A stretch of 64,000 nucleotides of DNA from an uncultured Acidobacteriota bacterium (lineage in GTDB: Bacteria; Acidobacteriota; Thermoanaerobaculia; Multivoradales; JAHEKO01), in contig CAVQNG010000004.1 in the NCBI GenBank assembly GCA_963713825.1, positions 32,001 to 96,000 on the forward strand, written 5' to 3'. A program made the translations under genes and the position numbers. How positions within the stretch are numbered: the stretch's first letter is position 1; each line of letters begins with the position of its first letter. The notes below the pieces were generated by a model that did no database searches, had not been told where the DNA came from, and saw only the letters and a list, made by a program, of their open reading frames with translations. Shown here piece after piece: positions 35,301 through 45,287 of the stretch.

Positions 35301-36343
35301 GCTTTCTCTTCTCCAGACTGGGTCGAGAACGCCCGGAGCTCATCGAGTTTGGCCAAGCCTTCGCCGGAGGCCAGAACGCGCCTCGCTTTCTCCAGCCCCT
35401 CGCGAAGGTCTCCGACCTGCCCTCCGACATAGAGAGCCGCGGCCGCGTTGAGAGCGGTGATCTCGGCCAACGGGCCTGGCTCGCCCTGCAGTACGGCCTC
35501 CATCATGGCGGCATTGGATTTCGGATCACCACCTGCAAGTGCCGACATCTGCACCCGATCCAAGCCAAGTGACTCGGGAGTCAGTCGGAATGTCTCGATA
35601 TTGGGGCCCCGCACCTCGGCCACCCTGGTCGCAGCGGTGGTCGTCAGCTCATCCAGGCCGTCCTCGCCATGAATGACGAGGGCATGATCGCACCCCAACC
35701 TGGCCAAGACCCGGGCCATGAGCCCAACGAGGTCTGCCGAGTACACGCCCAGCACTTGACGCCGAGCCCCGGCTGGATTGGTGAGCGGCCCGAGCAGATT
35801 GAAGATCGTCCGAATGCCCAGACTACGACGGACCGGCATGACCTCCCGCATGGCGGGATGAAATCCGGGGGCGAACAGAAATGCAAGGCCGATCTCGTCG
35901 ATCGCCCGGCCGGCCAGCGCCGGATCCATCGCGATCTCCACCCCGAGTGCACCGAGCACATCGGCGCTGCCGGAACGGCTCGACACGGATCGATTGCCAT
36001 GTTTGGCGATGGGGGTGCCGGCGGCTGCGGCCACGAGTGCGGCGGCCGTCGAGATGTTGAACGTCCCCTTGCTGTCGCCTCCCGTACCGCAGGTATCTAC
36101 CAAGCCCCTCCTCACACTCTGCACCGGAACGACCCTGCCGCGCATGGCGATGGCGGCGCCGGCGATCTCCTCGGCGCTCTCGCCCTTGGCGGCCAAGGCG
36201 ACCAGCAGCGCCGCCTTCAGAGATTCATCGAGGTCGCCGTCCATGAGCCGACCGAAGAGGCTCGCGGTCTGCTCTTGGGTCAAGCCCTCGCCCGCGACGA
36301 TTCTGGACAGCGCTTCGGAAGGCTGCAGGTCGGCGTCACACAT
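35297..36343 (-). CDS. trpD: Anthranilate phosphoribosyltransferase
   Basis: DTCGTGGD, FNIST, KHGNRSVSSRSGSAD, NLLGPLTNP. Confidence 0.96.
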   Translation of the reverse strand: MCDADLQPSEALSRIVAGEGLTQEQTASLFGRLMDGDLDESLKAALLVALAAKGESAEEIAGAAIAMRGRVVPVQSVRRGLVDTCGTGGDSKGTFNISTAAALVAAAAGTPIAKHGNRSVSSRSGSADVLGALGVEIAMDPALAGRAIDEIGLAFLFAPGFHPAMREVMPVRRSLGIRTIFNLLGPLTNPAGARRQVLGVYSADLVGLMARVLARLGCDHALVIHGEDGLDELTTTAATRVAEVRGPNIETFRLTPESLGLDRVQMSALAGGDPKSNAAMMEAVLQGEPGPLAEITALNAAAALYVGGQVGDLREGLEKARRVLASGEGLAKLDELRAFSTQSGEEKA

Positions 36344-36935
36344 CGGCGACTCCCGATGCCGCCGAGCTCTCACAAACGGTCAGAAAGTTGGCCACCAGCT
36401 GTGGACCGCTAGTTGTCAGAATGGACTCCGGGTGGAACTGGACACCCCAGTAGGGGTGAGAGCGATGCCGCATTCCCATCAGTGTCTCGCCGTCCGTGCT
36501 CCAGGCCAGCGGCTGCAGCTCGGCAGGCAAGCCCGCCTCCACGACCTCCAGACTGTGATACCTCGTCGCTTCGAACGGATTCGGCAGGCCTTCGAAGATC
36601 CCCTCGCCGAGGTGGCGAACTCGAGATGTCTTGCCATGCATCAACTTGGGAGCCCGCTCCACTCTCCCACCGAAGGCAGCTCCCAAGACCTGATGACCGA
36701 GGCAGACGCCGAGCACCGGTACTTTCGGGCGGCGCTCGATCAGCTCGAGGCAGACTCCCGCCTCCTCAGGCCGTCCGGGACCGGGCGAGAGAATGATCCC
36801 CCGCGGCCGCCGCTCGAGCATCTCCGCGGCGCTTTCCGCATCGTTCCGCAGCACTGTCACCTCGATGTCCCGGCTCCACAGTAGCTGCACCAGGTTGTAG
36901 GTGAAAGAGTCGTAGTTGTCGACAACAAGAATCAT
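36336..36935 (-). CDS. trpG: Anthranilate synthase component II (glutamine amidotransferase)
   Basis: DNYDSFTYNL, SPGPG, GVCLGHQ, RYHSL, QFHPES. Confidence 0.95.
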   Translation of the reverse strand: MILVVDNYDSFTYNLVQLLWSRDIEVTVLRNDAESAAEMLERRPRGIILSPGPGRPEEAGVCLELIERRPKVPVLGVCLGHQVLGAAFGGRVERAPKLMHGKTSRVRHLGEGIFEGLPNPFEATRYHSLEVVEAGLPAELQPLAWSTDGETLMGMRHRSHPYWGVQFHPESILTTSGPQLVANFLTVCESSAASGVADV

Positions 36936-36957
36936 CGGGCCGCCCGTCCTGGCTCCC

Positions 36958-38403
36958 TCATGGGGTTCGAAAAGCGGCCGCCAGCTCTACTGCAGCTCGC
37001 ATGGCCGCCGCCTTGTTCTCCGTCTCGCGTACCTCCGCCTCTGGATCCGAGTCCGCGACAATTCCGGCACCGGCGGTGAAAGAGACTTCGTCTGGGCCGA
37101 CCACCATTGTGCGGATGGTAATGCAGGTATCCAGGTCGCCACTGTAGGAAAAGTAGCCGACAGCTCCAGCATACGGACCGCGCGCTTCGGGCTCCAACTC
37201 GTCGATGATCTCCATGGCTCGGATCTTTGGAGCGCCAGAGACAGTGCCGGCCGGGAAACAGGCCATCAGTGCCTCGAGGGAATTGCAGCCTGCCGCCAGT
37301 TCTCCCTCGACGCTGGAGACGATGTGCATGACGTGACTGTAGCGCTCGACCTCCATGAAGCTGGTGACCTCTACGCTGCCACCCGCGGCGACGCGGCCGA
37401 TGTCGTTGCGCCCGAGATCCACCAACATGAGATGCTCGGCGCGCTCTTTGGCGTCGGCCAGCAGCTCCTCGGCCAGTCGCCGGTCCTCAGCTGGCTCCGC
37501 TGAGCGATGTCGTGTGCCGGCAATCGGTCGGGTCTCGATGCGGTTGCCGGTCTTCCTGAGCAGCATCTCTGGGGAGGCGCCGACGATGGCGACCTCCGGG
37601 GCCTCGAGCAGCACCATGTAGGGACTCGGGTTGACCATGCGTAACGACCGGTAGAGGGCCAGGGGCTCGGCTACCCTCTCCATGCTCCATCTCCTGGCCA
37701 GGACGACCTGGAAAATGTCGCCCCGGTCGATCAACTCCTTGGCCCGCGCCACACAGTCGCGAAATTGCGCGGCGCCGATGGATGGCGTCGCCTCGAGTGA
37801 GACATCGGTGCTCGTCGGCACCTCCACGGCGGTGCCCTGACCCGGTGTGGTCAATAGCTCGGACAGTCGATCGAGCTGCTGCAAGGCCTCGCTCCGGCTG
37901 ACCTCACCATCGACTTCATTCGACACGGCGACGACTCGTTGGCGAACATGGTCGAACACAACGACAGAATCGAAGCGTGCCAACAGGGCAGCGGGTAGCC
38001 CCATTTTGTCCGGCGGGCAGGAAGGTAGGCTCTCCTGCTGCCGGATCAGGTCGTAGCCAAAGTAGCCGACGAACCCACCCGAAAAAGGGAACGGCGGATC
38101 TTCGCAGGCGAACCTGCCTATCTCGTAGGACAAGGCCTCGAGAGGAGGTCCTTCGCTCATCCGACGAACGCCCTCTTCTTCGACTTCCAGCCGATTTTCG
38201 AGCAATCGGTACACTGCCTGCGGCCCGGCTCCCAGGAAACTGTACCGGGAGATCACCTCTCCGCCCGTGACGCTCTCCAACAGGAACCGAATCGGGGACA
38301 AATCGGACAGCCGCCGGTAGACCTCCAACGGCGTCAGGCTGTCGGCCAGGAACTCCCTCAGATGGGGACGGACGGATTCTGCAGCTGCCGGGCGGGAGGT
38401 CAT
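36958..38403 (-). CDS. trpE: Anthranilate synthase component I
   Basis: LLES, NPSPY, SPE, PIAGT, EHLMLVDLGRND, PAGTVSGAPK. Confidence 0.95.
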   Translation of the reverse strand: MTSRPAAAESVRPHLREFLADSLTPLEVYRRLSDLSPIRFLLESVTGGEVISRYSFLGAGPQAVYRLLENRLEVEEEGVRRMSEGPPLEALSYEIGRFACEDPPFPFSGGFVGYFGYDLIRQQESLPSCPPDKMGLPAALLARFDSVVVFDHVRQRVVAVSNEVDGEVSRSEALQQLDRLSELLTTPGQGTAVEVPTSTDVSLEATPSIGAAQFRDCVARAKELIDRGDIFQVVLARRWSMERVAEPLALYRSLRMVNPSPYMVLLEAPEVAIVGASPEMLLRKTGNRIETRPIAGTRHRSAEPAEDRRLAEELLADAKERAEHLMLVDLGRNDIGRVAAGGSVEVTSFMEVERYSHVMHIVSSVEGELAAGCNSLEALMACFPAGTVSGAPKIRAMEIIDELEPEARGPYAGAVGYFSYSGDLDTCITIRTMVVGPDEVSFTAGAGIVADSDPEAEVRETENKAAAMRAAVELAAAFRTP

Positions 38404-38418
38404 CAGGAGGTGGGGCCG

Positions 38419-39900
38419 CTAGTCGTTGACTTCCAGGCCGAGAAGCTGACGACTCTCGCCTGCTGGCATCTCCATGCCTGTCATGAGTCGGAACTGCGGA
38501 ATCGCCTGAAAGAGGAGCACCTCCCTGCCGTCGATCACGGTCCGCCCGGAAGCGCGCACCGCTTGCACCAACGGTGTCGGGCCCGACCGACGATAGACCA
38601 GGTCCACGACAACGGCCGATTCACCGAGCCCATCGAGCTCGAAGGGCAAGTCATCTTCTTCGTTCCAGCCTAGCGGAGTGGCATTCACAAGGTAGTCGAA
38701 CGGGGTCGGGTCGAACTGGTCCAGAGCACAAAAAGGTACCCGCAAGTCGGCAGCCGCCTTGCGGCCTCTCTCCGACCCTCGATTGACCATGGTGACCGCC
38801 GCTCCTTCTGCACTGAGTGCGGCGGCAGCCGCCCGACCCGCGCCTCCAGCTCCAACGATCGCCACCGAGCGGCCCGACAGTTCGAGACCGCGAGCTCGAA
38901 TCGGACCGGTTACGCCCATCCCATCCGTCGAGTCTGCCTGCCAGATTCCCTCCCGCTTGAAGAGAGTATTGGCCGACCCCGTCCATTCTGCCAGTGGACT
39001 CACCGCACCTCCCACCGCCACCGCCACGCCTTTGAAAGGCGTCGTCACACTGAGTCCCGCGAGCTCGAACCCGAGCTCATCGAAGGTACCGCTCTCCACC
39101 ACTTCCAACCAGAAGTCTCCAAAGGCCTCGACATGAAACGGCAGATAGAGGCTGTCGATTCCGAGATGGCGATAAGCGTGGTTGTGCAGTCGAGGAGACA
39201 GGCTCTGGGCAACGTTCATGCCGACGATGCCGAACAGGCGGGTCACATCCCGCAGATCCGGCAGGCCATAGTCGACGATCAGCTGCGCGACGCTGGGCTG
39301 GCCAGAAGCGGCCGGCTCATGGGAAGCGGAACCGAAGACCACTGGGGCGCCCAGGCGGGGAGCGATCAAACGGGTCCAAGTGCCGATCGGTCCCGTCGCG
39401 AAGGCGATGACATCGTGGCGCCCCAGCGAATGCAGGAGGGCCAGAGGAGTCACCTCCTGACCTGGCTGCTCCGCAGCCGGGATCAACTTGTAGTACCGGG
39501 CCTCTTCTTCGCTCTGTCTCGAGTGGATCTTCTGCAACTCGCCCAGAGTACGAGGGTCACCGTGCCATGAAACGAGTCTCCTGGATGGTTCCACGGCCGC
39601 CAGAACATCCGGGTCGAAGTCCCTATCGACCTCGAGGTCGACGAGATCGAAACGCGCCGCCGCTTGAATCAAGCGTTGGTGACGTCGGTCCAAGGAAGCC
39701 TCGGACCTGCCACCCTCCGCCCGGCTCCGCAGGGTGTACAGCAGCTCGCCATCGAAGCTCGCCCGCAACCGATCGGGGTCTAGCTCGCCAACGAGATCGG
39801 CGCGCACTTCCAAGATCTGCACGCGTCCCGAGAGAGCGCTCAGCTCCTCATCAGAGGGTTTCTCTGTGAGTGTGGCGACGAGAACAGCAGTCGAGCTCAA
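38419..39900 (-). CDS. aroDE: Bifunctional type I 3-dehydroquinate dehydratase / shikimate dehydrogenase
   Basis: EVRAD, TLRSRAEGG, SWH, YKL (DHQase I); SLSPRLHN, VTTPFK, GAGGAG, NATPLG, DLVY (SDH); TTG start after RBS GAGGAG. Confidence 0.88.
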   Translation of the reverse strand: MSSTAVLVATLTEKPSDEELSALSGRVQILEVRADLVGELDPDRLRASFDGELLYTLRSRAEGGRSEASLDRRHQRLIQAAARFDLVDLEVDRDFDPDVLAAVEPSRRLVSWHGDPRTLGELQKIHSRQSEEEARYYKLIPAAEQPGQEVTPLALLHSLGRHDVIAFATGPIGTWTRLIAPRLGAPVVFGSASHEPAASGQPSVAQLIVDYGLPDLRDVTRLFGIVGMNVAQSLSPRLHNHAYRHLGIDSLYLPFHVEAFGDFWLEVVESGTFDELGFELAGLSVTTPFKGVAVAVGGAVSPLAEWTGSANTLFKREGIWQADSTDGMGVTGPIRARGLELSGRSVAIVGAGGAGRAAAAALSAEGAAVTMVNRGSERGRKAAADLRVPFCALDQFDPTPFDYLVNATPLGWNEEDDLPFELDGLGESAVVVDLVYRRSGPTPLVQAVRASGRTVIDGREVLLFQAIPQFRLMTGMEMPAGESRQLLGLEVND

Positions 39901-39922
39901 GTGCTCAACTCCTCGTGAGATC

Positions 39923-41176
39923 TCAGCCCGAGAACCGCTGAAGGAGCAGCGCTCCGTTGGAACCGCCAAAGCCGAAGGAGTTCGTCAGTCCGATCTCGAA
40001 CTGCGTCGGTCTGGCCGTCCCGGGAACGAAGTCCAGGTCACAATCTTCGCTCGGGTGCTCCAGATTGATGGTAGGCGGCAGTATCTGGTGGTGGAGCGCC
40101 AAAGCCAGGACACCGGTCTCCAGACCTCCGGCCGCTCCCAGGAGGTGACCGGTACAAGACTTGGTCGAAGAGACCGCCAGCCGGTAGGCGTGGTCACCAA
40201 ACACATCCTTGATGGCCTGTACCTCCGCCGCATCTCCCAGCTCGGTCGAGGTTCCATGGGCGTTGATGTAGCCGACTCGCTCCGGCGCCACTTCGGCGTC
40301 AGCCAAGACGGCGCGCATCACATCGGCGGCCCCGACACCCTCGGGCTGCGGCGCCGAGATGTGGTACGCGTCGCCGCTCATGCCGTAGCCGATGATCTCG
40401 GCGTAGATCGGTGCCTGTCTCTCCAGAGCCTGTGACAGCTCCTGCAGAATCACAATCCCCGCACCCTCGCCCATGACGAATCCATCCCTGTCGCGGTCCC
40501 AGGGCCGCGAGGCGAGCTGGGGCTCGTCATTGCGGGTCGAGAGAGCGCGCATGGCGCAGAAACCCGCCACGCTCAACGGCGTCACCACCCCTTCCGTACC
40601 GCCAGCGATCATGGCGTCGGCGTGTCCGTACTGGATCTGTCGGTAGGCATCACCGATGGCGTGAAGGCCCGAAGTACACGCAGTGCAGGGAGCAGAATTG
40701 GGGCCGCGAGCGCCAAATCGAATCGAGACCTGACCGGCCGCCATGTTGACGATGAGTCCGGGGATGAAGAACGGCGAGACGCGGCTAGGCCCCTTTTCAA
40801 CGAGACGCTGATGGGTGCGCTCGATCAGAGGCAGACCACCAATCCCGGAGCCGATGATGACCCCGACCCGAGGGGCGGTGGCCTCTTCGATCTGCAGTCC
40901 CGAGTCATCCATGGCACCTTCGGCCGCAGCCAGAGCCAAATGAATGAAGCGGTCGCCCTTCTTCAGGTCCTTCTTGTCGATGTACTTCAGCGGATCGAAG
41001 TCTGACACCTCTCCGGCGATCCGACTCGGATACTCGGAGGCGTCGAATCGGGTGATGGGCCCGACCCCGCTGCGGCCCTCCAGAAGGCCTTCCCACGTGA
41101 CCGATGTCCCCACCCCGACAGGTGAGACGAGTCCCACACCCGTGACCACGACTCGACGCTGAGAATCAAGTCTCAT
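39923..41176 (-). CDS. fabF: Beta-ketoacyl-ACP synthase II
   Basis: RRVVVTG, TACTSG, NAHGTST, GHLLGAAG, NSFGFGG. Confidence 0.96.
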   Translation of the reverse strand: MRLDSQRRVVVTGVGLVSPVGVGTSVTWEGLLEGRSGVGPITRFDASEYPSRIAGEVSDFDPLKYIDKKDLKKGDRFIHLALAAAEGAMDDSGLQIEEATAPRVGVIIGSGIGGLPLIERTHQRLVEKGPSRVSPFFIPGLIVNMAAGQVSIRFGARGPNSAPCTACTSGLHAIGDAYRQIQYGHADAMIAGGTEGVVTPLSVAGFCAMRALSTRNDEPQLASRPWDRDRDGFVMGEGAGIVILQELSQALERQAPIYAEIIGYGMSGDAYHISAPQPEGVGAADVMRAVLADAEVAPERVGYINAHGTSTELGDAAEVQAIKDVFGDHAYRLAVSSTKSCTGHLLGAAGGLETGVLALALHHQILPPTINLEHPSEDCDLDFVPGTARPTQFEIGLTNSFGFGGSNGALLLQRFSG

Positions 41177-41234
41177 CGTCAACCCTCGGCCCGGTCGCTT
41201 GCGGCGGGAGAACGTCAGTCATCGACGGCGTTTC

Positions 41235-41468
41235 TCAACCCTGATTCTTCTCGATGTAGCTGATGGCTTCCTGAACCCGGCCGATCTTCTCGGCGTCCTC
41301 GTCAGGAATCTCGATGCCGAACTCCTCCTCGAAGGCCATGACCAATTCGACGATATCCAGCGAATCGGCGCCCAGATCCTCGGTGAAGCTGGCTTCTACA
41401 GTGACCTCGTCAGCATCCACGCCCAACTGTTCGACAATGATGCTCTTTACTTTTTCACTTACCGACAT
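41235..41468 (-). CDS. acpP: Acyl carrier protein
   Basis: [20 protein letters not shown]. Confidence 0.97.
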   Translation of the reverse strand: MSVSEKVKSIIVEQLGVDADEVTVEASFTEDLGADSLDIVELVMAFEEEFGIEIPDEDAEKIGRVQEAISYIEKNQG

Positions 41469-41525
41469 GGTTCAAACTCTCCTGTGCAAAGTTCGAGTTC
41501 GTGCGATTCTAAGAGATTCTTCTCG

Positions 41526-42275
41526 TCAGATATATAGGCCGCCCGAGACGTTGAGCACGTGACCGGTGACATAGCCTGCTTCTTCGCTGGCCAGATAGAG
41601 GACGGCCCAGGCCACGTCTTCGACCGAACCCAGCCTGTTCAAAGGGATGACCCCGACCAACTCCTGACGGTTCTGTTCAGGAATGCTGTCCGTCATCGCG
41701 GTCTCGATGAATCCCGGAGCCACCACATTGACCGTCACGTTTCGACTCGCCAATTCTCGCGCCAGGGACTTGCTGAAGCCTACGAGACCCGCCTTGGCGG
41801 CGGCATAGTTGGCCTGCCCGGCATTCCCCATCAGCCCGACGACGGACGAGACGGAGATGATTCGCCCCCAGCGGCGACGCATCATCCCACGACTCACGGC
41901 GCGAGTGGTGGCAAAGGCCCCTGTCAGGTTGACCTGCAGGACCTTCTCCCAAGACTCCAGACTCATGCGAGCCAGCAGGCCGTCTTCGGTAATGCCGGCA
42001 TTGTTGACCAGAATATCCACCTCAGAAAACGTCTCCGGCAGGCCCTTGATCTTGTCGGCCACTGATTCGGGGGCGGCCAAATCGAGCTCCAGCGCGTGAA
42101 CTTCGATCCCCTCCTCGGCGAGCTCGGTTGCCAGGGAGCGCAGTTTATCGATGCTGCGAGCGGCCGCAATGACCCTGGCGCCCTGCGCTCCGAGAACTCT
42201 GACGATACCTTCGCCGATACCCTGGGAGGCTCCGGTCACGAGAGCCGTCCTACCGTTGAGTCGCATTGCATTCAT
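41526..42275 (-). CDS. fabG: 3-oxoacyl-ACP reductase
   Basis: TGASQGIG, NNAGIT, GNAGQANYAAAK; lies between fabD and acpP. Confidence 0.95.
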   Translation of the reverse strand: MNAMRLNGRTALVTGASQGIGEGIVRVLGAQGARVIAAARSIDKLRSLATELAEEGIEVHALELDLAAPESVADKIKGLPETFSEVDILVNNAGITEDGLLARMSLESWEKVLQVNLTGAFATTRAVSRGMMRRRWGRIISVSSVVGLMGNAGQANYAAAKAGLVGFSKSLARELASRNVTVNVVAPGFIETAMTDSIPEQNRQELVGVIPLNRLGSVEDVAWAVLYLASEEAGYVTGHVLNVSGGLYI

Positions 42276-43231
42276 CCCGTTTCACCCAAGATTTCAATGA
42301 GTTTCTCAGCTCTGGAGGCCTTGTCCAGGCTCAGGGCCTTGACCCCAGGGGCGATGCGGCGAATCAAGCCCGTCAGGACGGTGCCCGGGCCGACCTCGAC
42401 GAACAGGTCGATCCTACCCTGCTCCACCATCCACTGGATCGACTCCACCCAGCGCACCGGCCCATCCACCTGACGTTTGAGGGCGTCTCGCGCCGCGGCT
42501 CCGGCCGACACCGGAACTGCGTCGATGTTGCACACGACCGGCATCCTGGGGTCTTCAAAGTCCGTCGCATCGAGCTGCGGCTCCAGGCCCGCTCTGGCTG
42601 GCCTCATCAGCGGGGAATGAAACGGTGCCGAGACCGGCAAGAGAATCGCCCGCCGCGCTCCGCTTGCCTTGGCCAACCGGATGGCCTCCTCGACTGCCGA
42701 CCGTGAGCCGGCCAGTACCGTCTGGCTCGGAGCGTTGAAGTTCGCCACAACGCAGACCTCGTCGCCAGCGGCTGCGGCGGCAATCGCAGTCACCGAATCG
42801 GCTTCCAGGCCCAGAACCGCAGCCATCGCGCCTTGCCCGACGGGGACCGCCTGCTGCATCAGCTCGCCCCGACGACGGACAAGCCGCAGCGCGTCTTCGA
42901 AAGTCAGCGTTCCGGCCGCGACGTGAGCCGAGTATTCGCCAAGGCTGTGACCGGCCATCATGACCGGCTCGATGGGTAGATCCGATATCGCTTCGAGAGT
43001 CGCCACCGAAGTCGCCAGGATCGCCGGCTGCGTGTTGGCCGTCAGCTGCAACTCTTCCTCCGGCCCTTCCCAACAGAGTTGCTTGAGCTCCACCCCGAGG
43101 GCCTTGTCGGCTCGATCGAAGACCGCCTCTGTCTCTGGGCGAGCCTCGACCCAGGTCCGCCCCATACCGACGAACTGCGACCCCTGACCGGGGAAAACGA
43201 AAGCTACGCGCAGGTCTGATGTCTTTGTCAT
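42272..43231 (-). CDS. fabD: Malonyl-CoA:ACP transacylase
   Basis: FPGQGSQ, TQPA, GHSLGEY, VSAPFHS, EVGPG. Confidence 0.96.
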   Translation of the reverse strand: MTKTSDLRVAFVFPGQGSQFVGMGRTWVEARPETEAVFDRADKALGVELKQLCWEGPEEELQLTANTQPAILATSVATLEAISDLPIEPVMMAGHSLGEYSAHVAAGTLTFEDALRLVRRRGELMQQAVPVGQGAMAAVLGLEADSVTAIAAAAAGDEVCVVANFNAPSQTVLAGSRSAVEEAIRLAKASGARRAILLPVSAPFHSPLMRPARAGLEPQLDATDFEDPRMPVVCNIDAVPVSAGAAARDALKRQVDGPVRWVESIQWMVEQGRIDLFVEVGPGTVLTGLIRRIAPGVKALSLDKASRAEKLIEILGETG

Positions 43232-43298
43232 GAATTGAGTCTCGACTCACGCTTCACGGGCGCTCGCGCTGCGGCACCCGATCAGCGTACGGTCTCGC

Positions 43299-44345
43299 TT
43301 AGGTGGCAGAGATCTCCTCGAGCAGGCGAGCATCGAGCAGGCGCTTCTCCTGGCTGTGGAGCTCGGCGACCCGATCGCGGATCTTGTTGTGGAGGTCGGC
43401 TTCACAGAATTCCACCGCGCGGCGAATCGAATTGCGGATCGCTCGCGGATTGGAACGACCATGTCCAATGAAGCACCCAGCCTCGACACCCAGAAGCGGG
43501 GCGGCACCGTACTCACGATAGTCGACGCGCCGCCGAAAGCTCTCAAAGGCAGGGCGGGCGAGGCTAAAGCCCAATCGGGAGCGCCACGTCTTCGACAGCT
43601 CGTCCTTCATCATTCCAGACATCAGGCCGACCAGGGACTCGGCACTCTTCAAGAGGACGTTGCCGACGAACCCATCGCAGACGATCACATCGACGGAGCC
43701 GCGAAAGACATCCCGACCCTCCACATTACCCACGAAGTTGAAGCCCGTGGCCTTCATCTCGTTGAAGACCGCCTTGGTCAGATCGCTGCCCTTGCCCTCC
43801 TCTTCTCCGATCGACATCAAGCCGACGCGAGGCGAAGCGGTTCCCAGAATCTCCTGGGCATAGAAATGTCCCATGACCGCGAATTGCCGCAGATGCTCGG
43901 GCTTGCTGTCGATGTTAGCGCCGACATCCAGTACCACGGTGCCGCCGCGGGGGCTGGGAAAGACGGTCGCCAGAGCAGGCCGGTCGACACCCTTGATGGC
44001 CCCAATAACGGTCTTGGCAACGATCAACGACGCGCCCGTGTTGCCGGCCGAAACCATCGCCTGGGCCCGCCCCTCCTTGACCTGCTCGCCACAGATTCGA
44101 ATGGACGATCGTTTCTTCTTGCGTAAGGGGGTAATCGGAGGTTCGTCCATGCCGACGACCTCTTCGGCGGGCACGATCTCGATGTTCGGCAGAGGCCTAC
44201 CTTGCTTGGCCAGCTGCGCCTCCAGAATCGACTCCTCTCCCACCAACAGAATGGAGGTCCCGTCTTCCGTGGCGGCCTGATAGGCCCCGGCAACGACTGC
44301 GTTGGGGGCGAAATCACCGCCCATAGCATCGACGGCAATTCGCAT
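43299..44345 (-). CDS. plsX: Phosphate acyltransferase PlsX
   Basis: IAVDAMGGD, SAGNTGA, LDVGAN, CDGFVGN, HGRS. Confidence 0.95.
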   Translation of the reverse strand: MRIAVDAMGGDFAPNAVVAGAYQAATEDGTSILLVGEESILEAQLAKQGRPLPNIEIVPAEEVVGMDEPPITPLRKKKRSSIRICGEQVKEGRAQAMVSAGNTGASLIVAKTVIGAIKGVDRPALATVFPSPRGGTVVLDVGANIDSKPEHLRQFAVMGHFYAQEILGTASPRVGLMSIGEEEGKGSDLTKAVFNEMKATGFNFVGNVEGRDVFRGSVDVIVCDGFVGNVLLKSAESLVGLMSGMMKDELSKTWRSRLGFSLARPAFESFRRRVDYREYGAAPLLGVEAGCFIGHGRSNPRAIRNSIRRAVEFCEADLHNKIRDRVAELHSQEKRLLDARLLEEISAT

Positions 44346-44468
44346 TGTCTGCCCTTTGGCTTCAGCTCCCACCGAAACCGACCTTCGGCGTCGCTCGACC
44401 GATCAGACCCAAGCGCTGTCGGACGGCGGACCTTGCTGTGGAGATCGGCGGGGGAATCTTAGCAGAGA

Positions 44469-44654
44469 CTACAACGATTCCTTGGGCTCGAAGACCTCCC
44501 GCCCCTTGTAGTGCCCACAGTGAGAGCAGGCACGGTGCGGAAGCTTGACCTCGCCACAGTTCGGGCAGAGGGAAGTGGCTGGCCGGTCCAGACTGTCATG
44601 AGTCCGTCGGCGGTCTCGCCTGGCCTTGGAATGTCGTCGTTTGGGATTTGCCAT
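44469..44654 (-). CDS. rpmF: 50S ribosomal protein L32 (Zn-ribbon type)
   Basis: [17 protein letters not shown]...[16 protein letters not shown]. Confidence 0.96.
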   Translation of the reverse strand: MANPKRRHSKARRDRRRTHDSLDRPATSLCPNCGEVKLPHRACSHCGHYKGREVFEPKESL

Positions 44655-44701
44655 GACTCGTTCAACCTCGTACTTAGGATGTAGCGCTATCCAACTGGGA
44701 A

Positions 44702-45220
44702 CTACTCGTTCCGCAGGCTCTTCAACGCCTCCCATCGCGGATCCACCTCGACCTGATCACAGTCACACGGCTTGTTATTGCGATTCGCGCCGCAGGTCGG
44801 GCAGAGTCCCTGACAGCTCTCGCTGCACAGGCTTCGCATGGGTATATTCAACTGTAGCTGCTCTCGCACTAGCCGCAGCGTGTCAATCTCCTCACCGTCA
44901 ACGTAGACCGTTTCCAAATCATCCTCGGTCAGCTCGATTTCACCCTCTACGGCAGCGGGTGAGGCCGTCACCAATCGGAGCCGAACCTCGCTCTCGACAG
45001 GCAGCACCAATGGCTCCAGGCACCGACTGCAACTCACCGTCTGGTCATACTCGAGACGACCCTCGAGCCGGAAGACCGAGTCTTCGCGTTCAACCCGCCC
45101 TTCCCAGAGGATCTCGCCAAGCCCTAGCAGCTCGGGGCGTTCGAGGGTATCGGCATTGACGGTGAGCTGCTGGCGCCAAACAAACGGCTCGTCCCCTATT
45201 TTGTCTAGAGGAATTCGCAT
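44702..45220 (-). CDS. yceD: DUF177 / YceD family protein
   Basis: [22 protein letters not shown]; canonical position before rpmF. Confidence 0.92.
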   Translation of the reverse strand: MRIPLDKIGDEPFVWRQQLTVNADTLERPELLGLGEILWEGRVEREDSVFRLEGRLEYDQTVSCSRCLEPLVLPVESEVRLRLVTASPAAVEGEIELTEDDLETVYVDGEEIDTLRLVREQLQLNIPMRSLCSESCQGLCPTCGANRNNKPCDCDQVEVDPRWEALKSLRNE

Positions 45221-45287
45221 CTCTCGAACCCTTCGAAAACGAGCCCTTCAGGCCGACGGGTGAGGCTACGGGATTCGACCAGATCTG

